Source: Eledone cirrhosa (Eukaryota). Taken from it: a stretch of 64,000 nucleotides of DNA. A model generated the notes under the pieces. It was given only the letters and a program-made list of their open reading frames with translations, did not search any database and was not told where the DNA came from. The translations under genes were made by a program, and so were the position numbers. Where the stretch lies: positions 92,070,001 through 92,134,000 of the forward strand of contig OZ024746.1 in NCBI GenBank assembly GCA_964016885.1, read 5' to 3'. This document shows, in pieces, positions 39,113-52,274 of this stretch; within the stretch, counting starts at the first letter, position 1; each line of letters starts with the position of its first letter.

Positions 39113-40992
39113 TGTAAGATAGATTGTATATTGTAGAGTGTAAGGTAGGTTGTATGTTGTAGAGTGTAAGGTAGATTGTATGTTGTAGAGTGTAAGGTAG
39201 ATTGTATATTGTAGAGTGTAAGGTAGGTTGTATATTGTAGAGTGTAAGGTAGGTTGTATGTTGTAGAGTGTATGGTAGATTGTATGTTGTAGAGTGTAAG
39301 GTAGATTGTATATTGTAGAATGTAATGTAGAGTGTAAGGTAGATTGTATATTGTAGAGTGTAAGGTAGATTGTATGTTGTAGAGTGTAAGGTAGGTTGTA
39401 TATTGTAGAGTGTAAGGTAGGTTGTATGTTGTAGAGTGTAAGGTAGGTTGTATATTGTAGAGTGTAAGGTAGGTTGTATGTTGTAGAGTGTATGGTAGAT
39501 TGTATGTTGTAGAGTGTAAGGTAGATTGTATATTGTAGAGTGTAAGGTAGATTGTATGTTGTAGAGTGTAAGGTAGATTGTATGTTGTAGAGTGTAAGGT
39601 AGATTGTATATTGTAGAGTGTAAGGTAGATTGTATGTTGTAGAGTGTAAGGTAGGTTGTATATTGTAGAGTGTAAGGTAGGTTGTATGTTGTAGAGTGTA
39701 AGGTAGGTTGTATGTTGTAGAGTGTAAGGTAGGTTGTATGTTGTAGAGTGTAAGGTAGATTGTATGTTGTAGAGTGTAAGGTAGATTGTATATTGTAGAG
39801 TGTAAGGTAGGTTGTATGTTGTAGAGTGTAAGGTAGGTTGTATGTTGTAGAGTGTAAGGTAGATTGTATGTTGTAGAGTGTAAGGTAGGTTGTATATTGT
39901 AGAGTGTAAGGTAGGTTGTATGTTGTAGAGTGTAAGGTAGATTGTATGTTGTAGAGTGTAAGGTAGATTGTATGTTGTAGAGTGTAAGGTAGATTGTATG
40001 TTGTAGAGTGTAAGGTAGATTGTATGTTGTAGAGTGTAAGGTAGATTGTATGTTGTAGAGTGTAAGGTAGGTTGTATGTTGTAGAGTGTAAGGTAGATTG
40101 TATGTTGTAGAGTGTAAGGTAGATTGTATGTTGTAGAGTGTAAGGTAGATTGTATGTTGTAGAGTGTAAGGTAGATTGTATATTGTAGAGTGTAAGGTAG
40201 ATTGTATATTGTAGAGTGTAAGGTAGATTGTATATTGTAGAGTGTAAGGTAGATTGTATGTTGTAGAGTGTAAGGTAGATTGTATATTGTAGAGTGTAAG
40301 GTAGATTGTATGTTGTAGAGTGTAAGGTAGATTGTATGTTGTAGAGTGTAAGGTAGATTGTATGTTGTAGAGTGTAAGGTAGATTGTATGTTGTAGAGTG
40401 TAAGGTAGATTGTAAGGTAGTAGAGTGTAAGGTAGATTGTATGTTGTAGAGTGTAAGGTAGATTGTATATTGTAGAGTGTAAGGTAGATTGTATGTTGTA
40501 GAGTGTAAGGTAGATTGTATGTTGTAGAGTGTAAGGTAGATTGTATGTTGTAGAGTGTAAGGTAGATTGTATGTTGTAGAGTGTAAGGTAGATTGTATGT
40601 TGTAGAGTGTAAGGTAGATTGTATATTGTAGAGTGTAAGGTAGATTGTATGTTGTAGAGTGTAAGGTAGATTGTATATTGTAGAGTGTAAGGTAGATTGT
40701 ATGTTGTAGAGTGTAAGGTAGATTGTATATTGTAGAGTGTAAGGTAGGTTGTATGTTGTAGAGTGTAAGGTAGATTGTATGTTGTAGAGTGTAAGGTAGA
40801 TTGTATGTTGTAGAGTGTAAGGTAGATTGTATGTTGTAGAGTGTAAGGTAGATTGTATGTTGTAGAGTGTAAGGTAGGTTGTATATTGTAGAGTGTAAGG
40901 TAGATTGTATGTTGTAGAGTGTAAGGTAGATTGTATATTGTAGAGTGTAAGGTAGATTGTATGTTGTAGAGTGTAAGGTAGATTGTAAGGTA
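39113..40992. repeat. 26-bp C-free satellite GTAGAGTGTAAGGTAGATTGTATGTT, about 70 units
   Basis: Direct tandem repeat. Confidence 0.97.
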
Positions 40993-41189
40993 GTAGTCAG
41001 CCTATTTATTTACTCTGCCAATCTAGGGCATCTTATGCCTGTTTATCTTGTTCTATTGTCGGCTCTTATTACACTACTAATTAAATTACACTCATCAAAA
41101 TATAGAATTGCCACAGGAAATGTGGAAGTTTTCAGGTAAGGTGTCACTCTCATATTTCATACGGGGATTGTATGATTCGCACCCTAACA

Positions 41190-41297
<108 letters not shown>

Positions 41298-42129
41298 ATG
41301 TATATATATATATGTGAAGGTGCATGGCTGAGTGGTTAGAAAACTGGATTTGCAATCGTGAGATAGTTATTTCGATTTGATATGTCCTTGAGCAAGACTC
41401 TTTATTTCACATTGCTCCTTCTGCCTGGATTTGTGACTGACAGATAGTATCAGCAATTGGAAAGACCAACTGAAACATTGTTTCCTTGGTCCGATTTGAG
41501 GAGCCCCACCCCACTCGTTAAGTGAATGAGGTCTGGGATCTTGTCGATCAACTCTTGATTAATATATATATAATCATTATCATCATCATCATCATCACGT
41601 CTATTTTTCCATGCTTGCATGGGTTAGATGGATTGCCCACGTCATGAGACAAAAGTCTGGCCAGCTGACTCACCGTACCTTGCTCAGATGGAACTGTATT
41701 ATATATATATATATATATACACACTCTAGGGTCAGCTGAAAGATTCATATGTTGACCAAGATACTCTCATGGAATGACCAAATGAGGTTTATTTTTCAAC
41801 ATAATACCTAGAAAGAAACAATGCAGTTATTAATAAGAAGAGTTGAAATTAATGCATGCAAGATTTCACAGCTCTAGCAACACTCCTTCATAGTCAGCTT
41901 GTGAACTTTTCAGCCAACCCTCAAATATATATATATTTAAGAGTGGAAGTTAGTAAAATCAAAGTTGCGGCGATCGGACAGCAACCACGAAAGAAACAAT
42001 ATTCGGAGCTTTGCACGAAGCACTCAATAGGAAGATATGGATAAATCGATAAGTTACATCTTACAGTGTATGTATATATATATATGTGTGTGTGTGTGAG
42101 TGTGTGGGTGTGAGTGTGGGTGTGAGTGT

Positions 42130-44110
42130 GTCAAAGGCTTTCTCCAGGTCTACAAGAGCTAAGTAGTGGGGTTTACCTTTAGCTAGGTACTTCTTCTGTA
42201 GTTGTCGTACAAGGAAAAGAACGTCTGTGGTACTTTTACCTGACACAAATCCAAACTGCATTTCATCTAGATCAATTCGATCTCTGATTAGTTGCGCTAT
42301 AACTCTTTCTGTGACCTTCATGACCTGGTCAACTAACTTAATGCCTCTATCATCATCATCATCATCATCATTGTATCAGTTAATGAGGATGCTGCTACGC
42401 CAGTCTTTATTACTTGGTTAACTATACGGGTGACCATAGTATATCCCACCATTCCAGATGCCGTCAACATCTCAGCAACTATCTCCGAAGGCCCGGCTGC
42501 TTTGCCTGTCTTCATATCTTTGATTGCCTTACTTATTATACTACCTTTAACTTGCACCACTGGTCCTTTTATTGGATCGATTTGGGGCAGACAATCTTTT
42601 CCCCATTTATTCTCCTCATTTAATAGTCTATCGTAATGACACTTCCAGGCTATCTTCTTATCAGTATCAGTGAGGGCAAGTACACCGTTATTATTACAGA
42701 CACATTTCTCCCCGACAATATCACAGTAATCCTCACGTTTGAACTTTCTATCCTCTGCTTCCCTTTTTGCAAGGTACACTTGTCTCCTAGCTTCTCTCCT
42801 GGCCACTTGATAGTGTTCTCTACTTCCCCCATTCTGCCATACTTTCCAAGCCTGCTTTTTGGCCTTGATTGTCTCCTCCACCTTACTGTTCCACCACCAA
42901 ATTACTCTCCTCCTGCCTATAGGTCTGCTTCAGTCACAGATTTCATCCATTGCTTTCAGCAGGTTCACTTTCGAGAATTCCCACTGTTCCTCTATATTAC
43001 ACGTCTCTAATTGCTCTTCCTTATTGTCAAAGGCATCAAGTAATAGGCTTTTAAATTTGTCACTGGCTATGGGGTCCTTCAACTTCCATATTCTTCTCCT
43101 CAAGGTAGTCCTCCTCTGTCGTCGAGTACGTCTATTCCTGACTATGAAGTCACTAACTACTAGGCTATGTTGGGAGGTGCATTCTTCACGAGGGAGGGAT
43201 TTAGTGTTTACAACTGACACTTTGTCACGTAAGGATATAATCTATCTGGCTGGCGTGTTCCCCTGATCTATAGGTGATCAAGTGATTGTCTCATTTTTTG
43301 AAGTTTGTGTTACAGATAGTTAGGTTATTAGCGTCACAGAATTCCAGGATTCTGAAGCCTTCCTCATTTCCATTACCAAACCCATAGCCTCCATGAATTC
43401 CATCATAGCCATCACGATGTTGTCCAACATGACCATTAAGGTCGCCAGCAATAATTAAGTAGTAGCTGTCGGTTATTTGGGAGGTAGTGTGCACTAGCGA
43501 CTCATAGAACCTGTCCTTTATAACGTCAAGTAGGCCAGATTGGGGTGCATAAGTGGATATTATTGTCATAGTAGTTCTATTTAGAACTAGTCTTATTTTG
43601 ATTATTCTGTCATTCACTCTATTTACGTCAATTACCTATCTACCCATTTTTCAGCTAACATAATTCCTACTCCACCCAGTCGGTTGTCATTTCCCACCCA
43701 GAAACGTTTATAGCATCGTTTTTTACCCACAATGAATCTAGCAGACCCACCTCTACACCTAGTCTCTTGAACACAACAACATCAACTTCCTTACGTTTAA
43801 TCATCTCTACAACCACATTTGAGCGACCTTTCAATGTGTCTACATTCATGGTACGAACTCTGAAGTTGGGTGGGTGGAATGGATAGGTTGGAGGGGCAGG
43901 GAGGGGTGTGGGAGACGGAATTATGTTGGTCATCCATGTCTGAAATAAAGAGGAGTCCTTGCATTCTCGTCCTGCAGCGGGAGGTGAATTTATCTTTATC
44001 TGTGACATTGTCATTCAGTGTTCAGACTCTCCAAATTCCGCAGCCCACTTAGCAAACCTAAAAGCAGCGAAGTCTAAACTTAAGGAGTAATAGCTGAGAT
44101 GGTGGCTTTG
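42130..44110 (-). mobile_element. Degenerate RTE LINE 5' portion (APE endonuclease plus N-terminal RT), same family as 36070-38740
   Basis: YAPQSG, AGDLNGHVG, NEEGFRILEFCDANNL..NT, SQHSLVVSD, KAAGPSEIVAEML, DLEKAFD. Confidence 0.92.
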
Positions 44111-44417
44111 CTATAGAGATTGGTAAGAGAACTTACTATAAACCGCTGAGTTATGATTGGACCAAATAGCAATGGTGGTATGTGGGGGTTGGGGGAGGGA
44201 AATGGGTAATTTTAGGAGAAGGTTAGTTTTTAGGAAGGGTCCAACAGAATGAGGCATATTATTAAAAACATGTGAAATATTAATTGAAAATCCGAGAGAA
44301 AAAGAGAGATTAGATTCTAAACGGACATAAATATAAACATATATATATATATATATATACATATATATATAAGATAAATATATATTACCTTGAGAACGTA
44401 ACCTTATTATATAAGAA

Positions 44418-44492
44418 GCTGTCTGATGATGTCACGGCACTGGGTACACAGAATCGTGTGGCCACTATCGTCATTGAAATATGTATCACAGC
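44418..44492 (+). ncRNA. Type I hammerhead ribozyme motif
   Basis: Stem I GCTGT/ACAGC; CTGATGA 44423-29; long imperfect stem II; GAAA 44476-79; stem III ATA-TG-TAT; AUC triplet; followed by AATAAA and (TA)n. Confidence 0.7.
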
Positions 44493-44536
44493 ATTACCAA
44501 TAAAGGACTTTAACATCTGAAACTACTTCGCATTTT

Positions 44537-44587
<51 letters not shown>

Positions 44588-44733
44588 AGGTGTATTATTG
44601 GTTGTGTCAAATGGTCCAATAAAATGTTGTATATCTCCAATTCCATTTATGGGAACTGCTAAATGATGTAAAACGGAGTATTTGTATCAAAATAAAGATC
44701 CAAAGGCATGGTATAAATTTCCAATCATTTTAA

Positions 44734-44807
44734 TCATGACACATGTTTCAATAAGAGATAGATCGATCGTGTAGCCATGATCGATTATCACTGATCACGT
44801 CAGGTGA
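44734..44807 (-). ncRNA. Degenerate hammerhead motif
   Basis: Reverse complement TCAC-CTGACGT-(stem II with ATCGATC/GATCGAT)-GAAA-CATGTG-TC-ATGA; A9 is mutated. Confidence 0.5.
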
Positions 44808-45656
44808 AAATGAATTGTCTTCAAATCCTTGATATGAGGGAGAAAATTAACGGTGTTCATTCACAGAGTTTAGTCCCTCGTATGAAGATCAAGCAGTCAG
44901 AACACAGCGATTGTTATTGTCCTCAGTTAGGGCCATAAAACTATCAAGTCTCCCAATAGCTGTAGCAGACGCTGGACATCAATCAAATCTGTAAAATTAC
45001 AGCCGGTCACAGTTAATGTGAGTGGGTACACACACACTCACACATACATGACGCAAGGTCAAAGAAAAAAAAATATATATACACATACCAACACAGCATC
45101 AAATCTGTAGAACTATAGACGGTCACAATTAGTGTGAGTGAGTACACACACACACTGACACGAGGTTAAAGAAAAAAGAAAAATACAAATATACCAACAT
45201 AGTATTCACTGAAAGTTTACAAAACAACAAATGTTATATTGGTCAAATCTCAATTTGACGATGTAAATTGGAAAAATTGGGTCAACCGCAACCCTATACA
45301 CACGCAAGTAAGTTCAGTTCAATGATTTGCTATACGTGTATAGATTGAATTGTAACATCCGTATCTCCAAATAGTGTATGTTATGGTACATACATCCGTA
45401 TCGTCCAAAAGAATTGGAAAAATTGGGTCAACCGCAACCCTATACACACGCAAGTAAGTTTAATTCAGTGTTCTGCTATTTTGATATATATATATATAAT
45501 ACCATATATAGAGGAGAAAAACACAGGAGAGTGTGTTTTTCTTTACAGGAATTTCAAACCACCAGCGTGAAGAGAATATAAGCTAATAGAGGCATAGGAA
45601 AATCCTTAAAATTAAAAGTATAAATTAAAATGAGAAACAACCTCATACCTTAATCA

Positions 45657-45733
45657 CACATGTACAAACTCACCAGGAGATTGTTTCACCATTTAATGGG
45701 TTCCAATTTGGCCCAGTGGGTCATCAGCATGTG
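45657..45733 (-). ncRNA. Type I hammerhead ribozyme motif
   Basis: Reverse complement CACATG-CTGATGA-CCCA...TGGT-GAAA-CAATCTC..GAGTTTG-TA-CATGTG; perfect 6-bp stem I; GUA triplet. Confidence 0.75.
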
Positions 45734-46344
45734 GAGAGACCGATATTGTCTGCACTACTAGAGAGAGAAAACTATAGTAAACCACCTGTTGCACGTGTAA
45801 ATAGAAGGGAAATACGTGCACGAGGCAGTGACCGGTGGTATGAACAGAACAAGCTGCTAGAAATGGCAGCCTATACCGTTCAATTTATGGTGCTCGACAG
45901 CAGAGAGAATGCAAGGAGCAAATATCAAGTAAGATAACGGAGTAAAGGACTCGCGTATATATATATATATGAAGGCGTATGGTTTAGTGGTTAGGGCGTC
46001 AAGCTTACAATCGTGAGGTTGTGAATTCAATTCTCAGACCAGGCTTTGCATTGTATTCTTGAGCAAGACACTTTATTTCACGTTGTCCAGTTTACTCAGC
46101 TGTAGAAATGAGTTGTGATGTCACTGGTGTCAAGCTGTATCACCCTCTGTCTTTCCCTTGGACAACAGCGGTGGAGAGGAGGGGAGGTTGGTAGGCATGG
46201 GCAATCGCTGGTCTTCCACAAGCAACCTTGCCCAGACGTGCCTCGGAGGAGGGGAACTTTCTAGGTGATCATCCCATGGTCATTCGTGACCGAAGGGAGG
46301 TCTTTATATATACAGTTGTTTCGACACAGAACTAGGCAAAATGT

Positions 46345-46520
46345 AATCATCATCATCATCATCATCATCACCCTCATCATCATCATAATCATCATCAACA
46401 TCGTCACCACCACCATCATCATCATCATCATCATCATCATCACCACCGTCATCAGCATAATCATCACCACCACCACCACCACCACCATCATCATCATAAC
46501 CACAGAACTAGGCAAAATGT

Positions 46521-46552
<32 letters not shown>

Positions 46553-47440
46553 CCATCACCCTCGTCATCATCATAATCATCATCAACATTGTCACCACCA
46601 CCACCACCATCATCATCATCATAACCACCACCGCCACCATCATCACCACCATCATCGTCATCATCATCACCATCATCAACATCATCATCATCATCATAAC
46701 CATCACCACCATCATCATTGTCATCATCATCACCATCATCATCATGAAAATTGTAGTAGTGGTGGTGGTGGTGATAGTAATGTAGTGGGGGTGGTATTAG
46801 TGGTGATGATGGTTTGATGGTGCTGGTAGCAGCAGTAGTAGTAGTAGTAGTAGTGGTAGTAGTAGTAGTAGTAGTGATAATAGTGGTGGTGATGGTTTGA
46901 TGGAGGTGGTGGCAGCAGTAGTAGTAGTAGTAGTGGTAGTAGTAATAGTGGTAGTGGTGGTGGTAGTGGTTTGATGGTGATGGTGGCAGCAGCAGTAGTA
47001 GTAGTAGTAGTGGGGGTAGTAGTAGTGGTAGTGGTAATAGTGGTAGTGGTGGTGATGGTGGTGGTGGCAGCAGTAGTAGTAGTAGTGGTGGAGGCAGCGG
47101 TAGTAGTAGTGGTGGTAGTAGTGGTAGTGGTGGTGGTAGTGTTAGTGGTGATGGTGGTTTGATGTTGGTGGTGGCAGCAGGAGTAGTAGTGGTGGTGGTA
47201 GTGGTAGTGGTAGTGTTAGTGGTGATGGGGGTTTAATGGTGGTGGTGTTAGTGGTAGTAGTGGTAGTGGTGGTGTTAGTGGTAGTGGTGGTGGTGGTGGT
47301 GGTGGTGGTGGTAGTGATGATGGTGGTGCTGGCAGTAATAGTAGTGGTAGTGTTAGTGGTGATGGTGGTGCTGGCAGTAGTAGTAGTGGTGGTGGTAGTA
47401 GTGGTAGTGTTAGTGGTGATGGTGGTGGTGTCAGTAGTAG
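46345..47440. repeat. Compound (CAT/CAC)n then (GTA/GTG)n low-complexity region
   Basis: Trinucleotide repeats that generate poly-V/M/I pseudo-ORFs. Confidence 0.95.
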
Positions 47441-47549
47441 TAAAGGTTTTGAAAGTTATAAGATCACAAGAATATTATTCAACAAAATCTTTCAACATTT
47501 CATGACAAATATTTTACTGTCTCTTCTATCTGAAGCCAATGATAATAAT

Positions 47550-47597
<48 letters not shown>

Positions 47598-49091
47598 TGT
47601 TTCTACTTTTGGCACAAGGCCAGCAATTACCCAGTGCATTACTGGTACTTTATTTTATCAACCCCATAAGGATGAAAGGCAAAGTTAACCTCGGCGGGAT
47701 TTGAACTCAGAGTGGCAAGGGCCGCAACTCTATGCGTCAAAGCATAATAATAATAATGGTTTCTTATATAGGCACAAGGCCAGTAATTTGGGGGGAGGGG
47801 AAATCGATTAAATTAACCCCAGTGTATGACTGGTACTCTATAATAGACACAGAAACAGTGTCTGTAGTAAGCTAAAGACTGATATTCACATTGGAAAATG
47901 TTCTCAGGATGCCTTCAGTGTGAACAACATATAGTTAAGTAGGGGATAACATACGTAATGTAGTGGAGATGTTTAAACAACCAAAACTACACTCATAATT
48001 AAAAGAAAAAAAATCAATGGAAGACGTGTTTCAGTCTTGTGTCTCCTTAGTGAAGCATGGTTATAACTTACCAAAAGTCTACAAGGAATTCTAGAAAAAC
48101 CTTTTTTTATGTACTCATGAATAAAAACATCATCTCAAGCAAACAAATTTAAGTGACAAGGATTATTCCACTTAGTTACATTTACCGTAATTGACATTGG
48201 TGTTTAGGCCCCTTGTGTTCTTGAAAGAAAGATATGACATTGGAATATTCAGCCTTAGATGCTTTGTAAAATATTTTTAGGTTTCTGCACAAAATACCTT
48301 ATAATCTAATTATGTTTCCAAAAGTAACCTTATTTCCATCATGACAACTCTAACATATTGGTGCAATTGTATTTCTACAGTGTTTTGAATTCCTATTCTG
48401 TACCGTTCTTGACAACCCTTACAGACAACAATATATCAAAAATAGAATGGTTCTACATGAACAGCTAGCTAAGCATAAAAATGGCTAATGATAAAACAAA
48501 AGTCTATTCTATATTGGTATCCAATATAACATACTTGCTATGTGAAAAACAAACCAGAATGGTATTTTTTTTTGTTATTCAATTCCAAATTATTTTCATA
48601 ATTGCAATGGTTTTCACATAATTACATGGAAGTTTGGTCTATGACAGCTAAGAACATAGTTATAAAACTGGAGTGGGAGTTCACAGCTAACTAATGATTT
48701 ACTGAAGACAGAACCTCCAAAACATCAACAGTCTTCCCTCTAGAACATTAACTATCATAGTACTGAAGCAGTTACAACAATTATTTAACTTTTTTGGTCA
48801 AATTTCCATGTAAAAATAAATAAATATACTTTACTCCCATGCACATACCTTCACATGTTTTACCACATGCACATACCTTCCCATGTTTTATCACATGCAC
48901 ATACCTTCCCATGTTTTACCACATGCATATAAGTACTTTAATATATATATAAGAAATGGCTGAGTACAATAAATGTAATCTGAGTTTTTCGAATATTAAT
49001 AATAACATTCCATTCGTTTGCATTTATGCAAACAAGCCTCATTTTTATAGCCATGTCAGTAGAATGAACCCTTTATTCTTGCTTTTGTGCT

Positions 49092-49154
49092 GGCATGTAA
49101 ACAGAACTGCAGACACTACTGTTTCTGGGCTATCACTCTTCATCAGTACAGCCC
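49092..49154 (-). ncRNA. Hammerhead motif with weak stem II
   Basis: Reverse complement TGTA-CTGATGA-AGAGTGATAGCCCA-GAAA-CAG...CTG-TT-TACA. Confidence 0.5.
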
Positions 49155-49213
49155 ACTGTTCACCTGCCAACTGTCAAAGTTAGTGAAGATAATTAAATAT
49201 ATAAATATCTTTA

Positions 49214-49267
<54 letters not shown>

Positions 49268-49300
49268 TATAGAAGCGGTGACACAACAGTTAGTTCACCG

Positions 49301-49343
49301 TACCGAGAACAATTGTTTCACCTTAGCGGATCCTCAGCTCGTA
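49301..49343 (-). ncRNA. Minimal type I hammerhead motif
   Basis: Reverse complement CGAG-CTGAGGA-TCCGCTAAGGT-GAAA-CAATTG-TT-CTCG; palindromic stem III ACAATTGT. Confidence 0.7.
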
Positions 49344-49459
49344 ATGGACATGGTTATACGGAACACTACTATATATATATATATATATAAATGAAGTAAT
49401 TCGATCGGCAAAGTCCAGGAAAAAGAGTGCTCTATGTAGGTAACAGACCTTAATAGTTA

Positions 49460-50330
49460 TGTAATAAACAACATAAGGCAATTATTCCATTTACCAGTGG
49501 TTTCTTAAAAGCAAAAAATTTTGCTTTCAATCATCAGAATGAAAAAATCCTGGTCTGTTTATTGATATTGGATTTTAAAAACAAAAACAAAAATGCAATC
49601 TATATGAAAGTGAGGCTAGAGAAAGAAGAAGGAAAGGAAAAATAAAATAAAAACACACATGCAAACACACACACACACAAATGCATACATACACACACAC
49701 ATATATATATATATATACACATACACTCATACATACACACACACATAAACATATATATGTGTATATATATACACACATACACATGCATATACACATACAT
49801 ACATACACACATAAATATCAACACATCCATACATACACATACATATATACAAAGGGGCACAAAGAATTGTTCTTTGTGTACCACAGAAAAATATAGGATT
49901 TTGCTAAACTTGAGAGCCACTTCTGCTTGCCTAAACTCAAAGACCGAGATCTTCAGATGTTGTCCTCATCTGAAATCACATCTGATCTGTAACTGGATTG
50001 CCACTCCTATGATAACTCAACCGCCTTGAACTCCTTCTCTGCTCTTTACTTCTACTACGGTTTTTTTACCTGCTGAATCCACGTTCTGGACTCTTGTATT
50101 CTTTTTCTCCCTTATCTCCCCTTATATTTCACCTTTTCCTATGTCTCCCCCCCCCCCATATATTCTTTTTGCCTTACCCTTCACATACCAAAATGTATGT
50201 ATATGTGTGTGTATATATATATGTAGATAGACCAGGTTTTTTTCATTTTGATGATTGAAGTCAACATTTTTTGCTTTTAAGAAACCACTGGTGAATGGAA
50301 TAATTGCCTTTTGTTGTTTATTACATTACT
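49460..50330 (+). mobile_element. Penelope-like element 3' remnant with inverted pLTRs
   Basis: TEKYRILLN...CLNSKTEIFRCCPH resembles the Penelope GIY-YIG C-terminal LNxRxE..CxH motif. 49460-49557 and 50229-50328 are inverted copies bearing hammerhead motifs. Confidence 0.65.
49485..49544 (-). ncRNA. Type I hammerhead ribozyme motif; inverted, core-mutated copy at 50241-50300
   Basis: Reverse complement TTCATT-CTGATGA-TTGAAAGCAAAATTTTTTGCTTTTAA-GAAA-CCACTGG-TA-AATGGA; long stem II; GUA triplet. Confidence 0.8.
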
Positions 50331-51413
50331 ATATATATGTATATGTATATTTTGGAGTTATATAAGGTTCATATGAATTATCTAAGATTGAGTTTTACAC
50401 ACACACACACATATATATATATATAGTCCGAATTAGTGTGGTAGAGACGAGTACACATGTTGTTGAGGTGTTTAACTTTGTCGATACTCTGATATGCCCA
50501 GTTCCTGGTTGGGTTATTTCACTGAGGAACTGGAATCATATGAATTTAAACAAACGAATTTCAACATCAAAGGACATCTCTTATTGGTCAGTTGTGAGAA
50601 CATTCCTCAGTCAAAAGTCTATAGAAATTCGTTCTGAGGCGAGGCAATCTGTAGTGGTTCTTGTTATTGTTAAGTACATCTGACCTCTACTCTTATGTTG
50701 GTAGTGGTGTTGGTGTTGGAGTCAGCTCAAAAAAATGCTAAAGTGGTAGGAGGAATAAGATGGTAAAGGAACAAAATAAAATAATCAAATAAAATGTGTG
50801 TGTTATACCCAATCTTAATGTTAGGTCACTCCTCACATTGGTCAGTTTTGAGAGCATTCCTCAGTCAAAAGTCTATAGAAATTCTTTCTGGGGTGAGGCT
50901 ACCTGTAGTGTTTGTTTTTGCTATTGTTAAGTACATCTGACCTCTACCCTTATTTTGGTAGTGGTGTTGAGGTCAGCCTAGGTCTTGCTGCTGCTGACAT
51001 TTAGAAATATCTGTGTGTGTTTCTTCATCCATCCTGCCACCATTTCTCATGGTGGTGGAGGGGGGGTTGTGCGATGCATATGAAGAAATAGAAGGCAATA
51101 AAGTGAAGAAAACAGAAAACAAATGAAAAAGAAAATGAAGATTCAAGTAAAATAAAATGTGTGTGTGTTATAAAGATGTTGGCCAAATTATAAAGGCTGT
51201 GTCAGAATCAATCTCTAGGCTATTATGGTGTCTGCTCAGCCTGGGTGGGTCCCTATGGTTTGAGGGGAGTTCCCAACCTATGGTGTTGTTACTGCCCATA
51301 TAGCTTATTTTGTTTTATTCTTTTACCATCTTGTTCCTCCTACCACTTTATCCAACATCTTTCTGACTTTGAGATTGGTTATAGCACACACACATTTTAT
51401 TTTATTTGAATCT

Positions 51414-51660
51414 TCATTTTCATTTTTCATTTTTCATTTTTCATTTTTCATTTTTCATTTTTCATTTTTCATTTTTCATTTTTCATTTTTCATTTTTCAT
51501 TTTTCATTTTTCATTTTTCATTTTTCATTTTTCATTTTTCATTTTTCATTTTTCATTTTTCATTTTTCATTTTTCATTTTTCATTTTTCATTTTTCATTT
51601 TTCATTTTTCATTTTTCATTTTTCATTTTTCATTTTTCATTTTTCATTAATTTTTCATTT
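51414..51660. repeat. (CATTTTT)n microsatellite
   Basis: Perfect heptamer repeat. Confidence 0.97.
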
Positions 51661-52239
51661 ATTTTCTTTTGTGGATTGGCAGTATCGGTAGAGGGTCGGA
51701 CGCTATGCTTTGACGCATAGAGTTACGGCCCTTGCCATTCTGAGTTCAAATCCCGCCGAGGTTAACTTTGCCTTTCATCCTTACGGGGTCGGTAAAATAA
51801 AGTACCAGAAACACACTGGGTAATTGCTGGCCTTGTGCCGAAAGTAGAAACAATTATTTATTTTCTGTTTTCTTCATTTTATTGCCTTCTATTTCTTCAT
51901 ATGCATCGCAGAGGCCCCCACCCCCCACCGTATGTATATATATATGTGTGTGTATGTATGTATATGTATGTATGTGTGTATATATGTATTTATGTATGTG
52001 TATGTATATATATATATATATATATATAGATATATGTTTATTTTTTTAATGTGGTTGTATGCGGTTGTATATATGTATATGTATTTATGTGTGTGGTTAT
52101 CTGCGTGTGTGTGTGTGTCTGCGTATGCATGTTTTTGCAGACTAGTGTGTCTGTGTCATATATACATATATATGCATATATATATACATGTATATGTATA
52201 TATATATGTGTGTGTGAGTAGTTATATTCACTTTCTAAT

Positions 52240-52274
<35 letters not shown>

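Noticed and set aside
43870-44110. HDV-like ribozyme at the RTE 5' end
   Set aside because: Known for some RTE elements, but I could not build the nested double pseudoknot by eye.
50810-50872. Minus-strand CTGAGGA hammerhead candidate
   Set aside because: GAAA and the cleavage triplet are not intact in either tandem copy.
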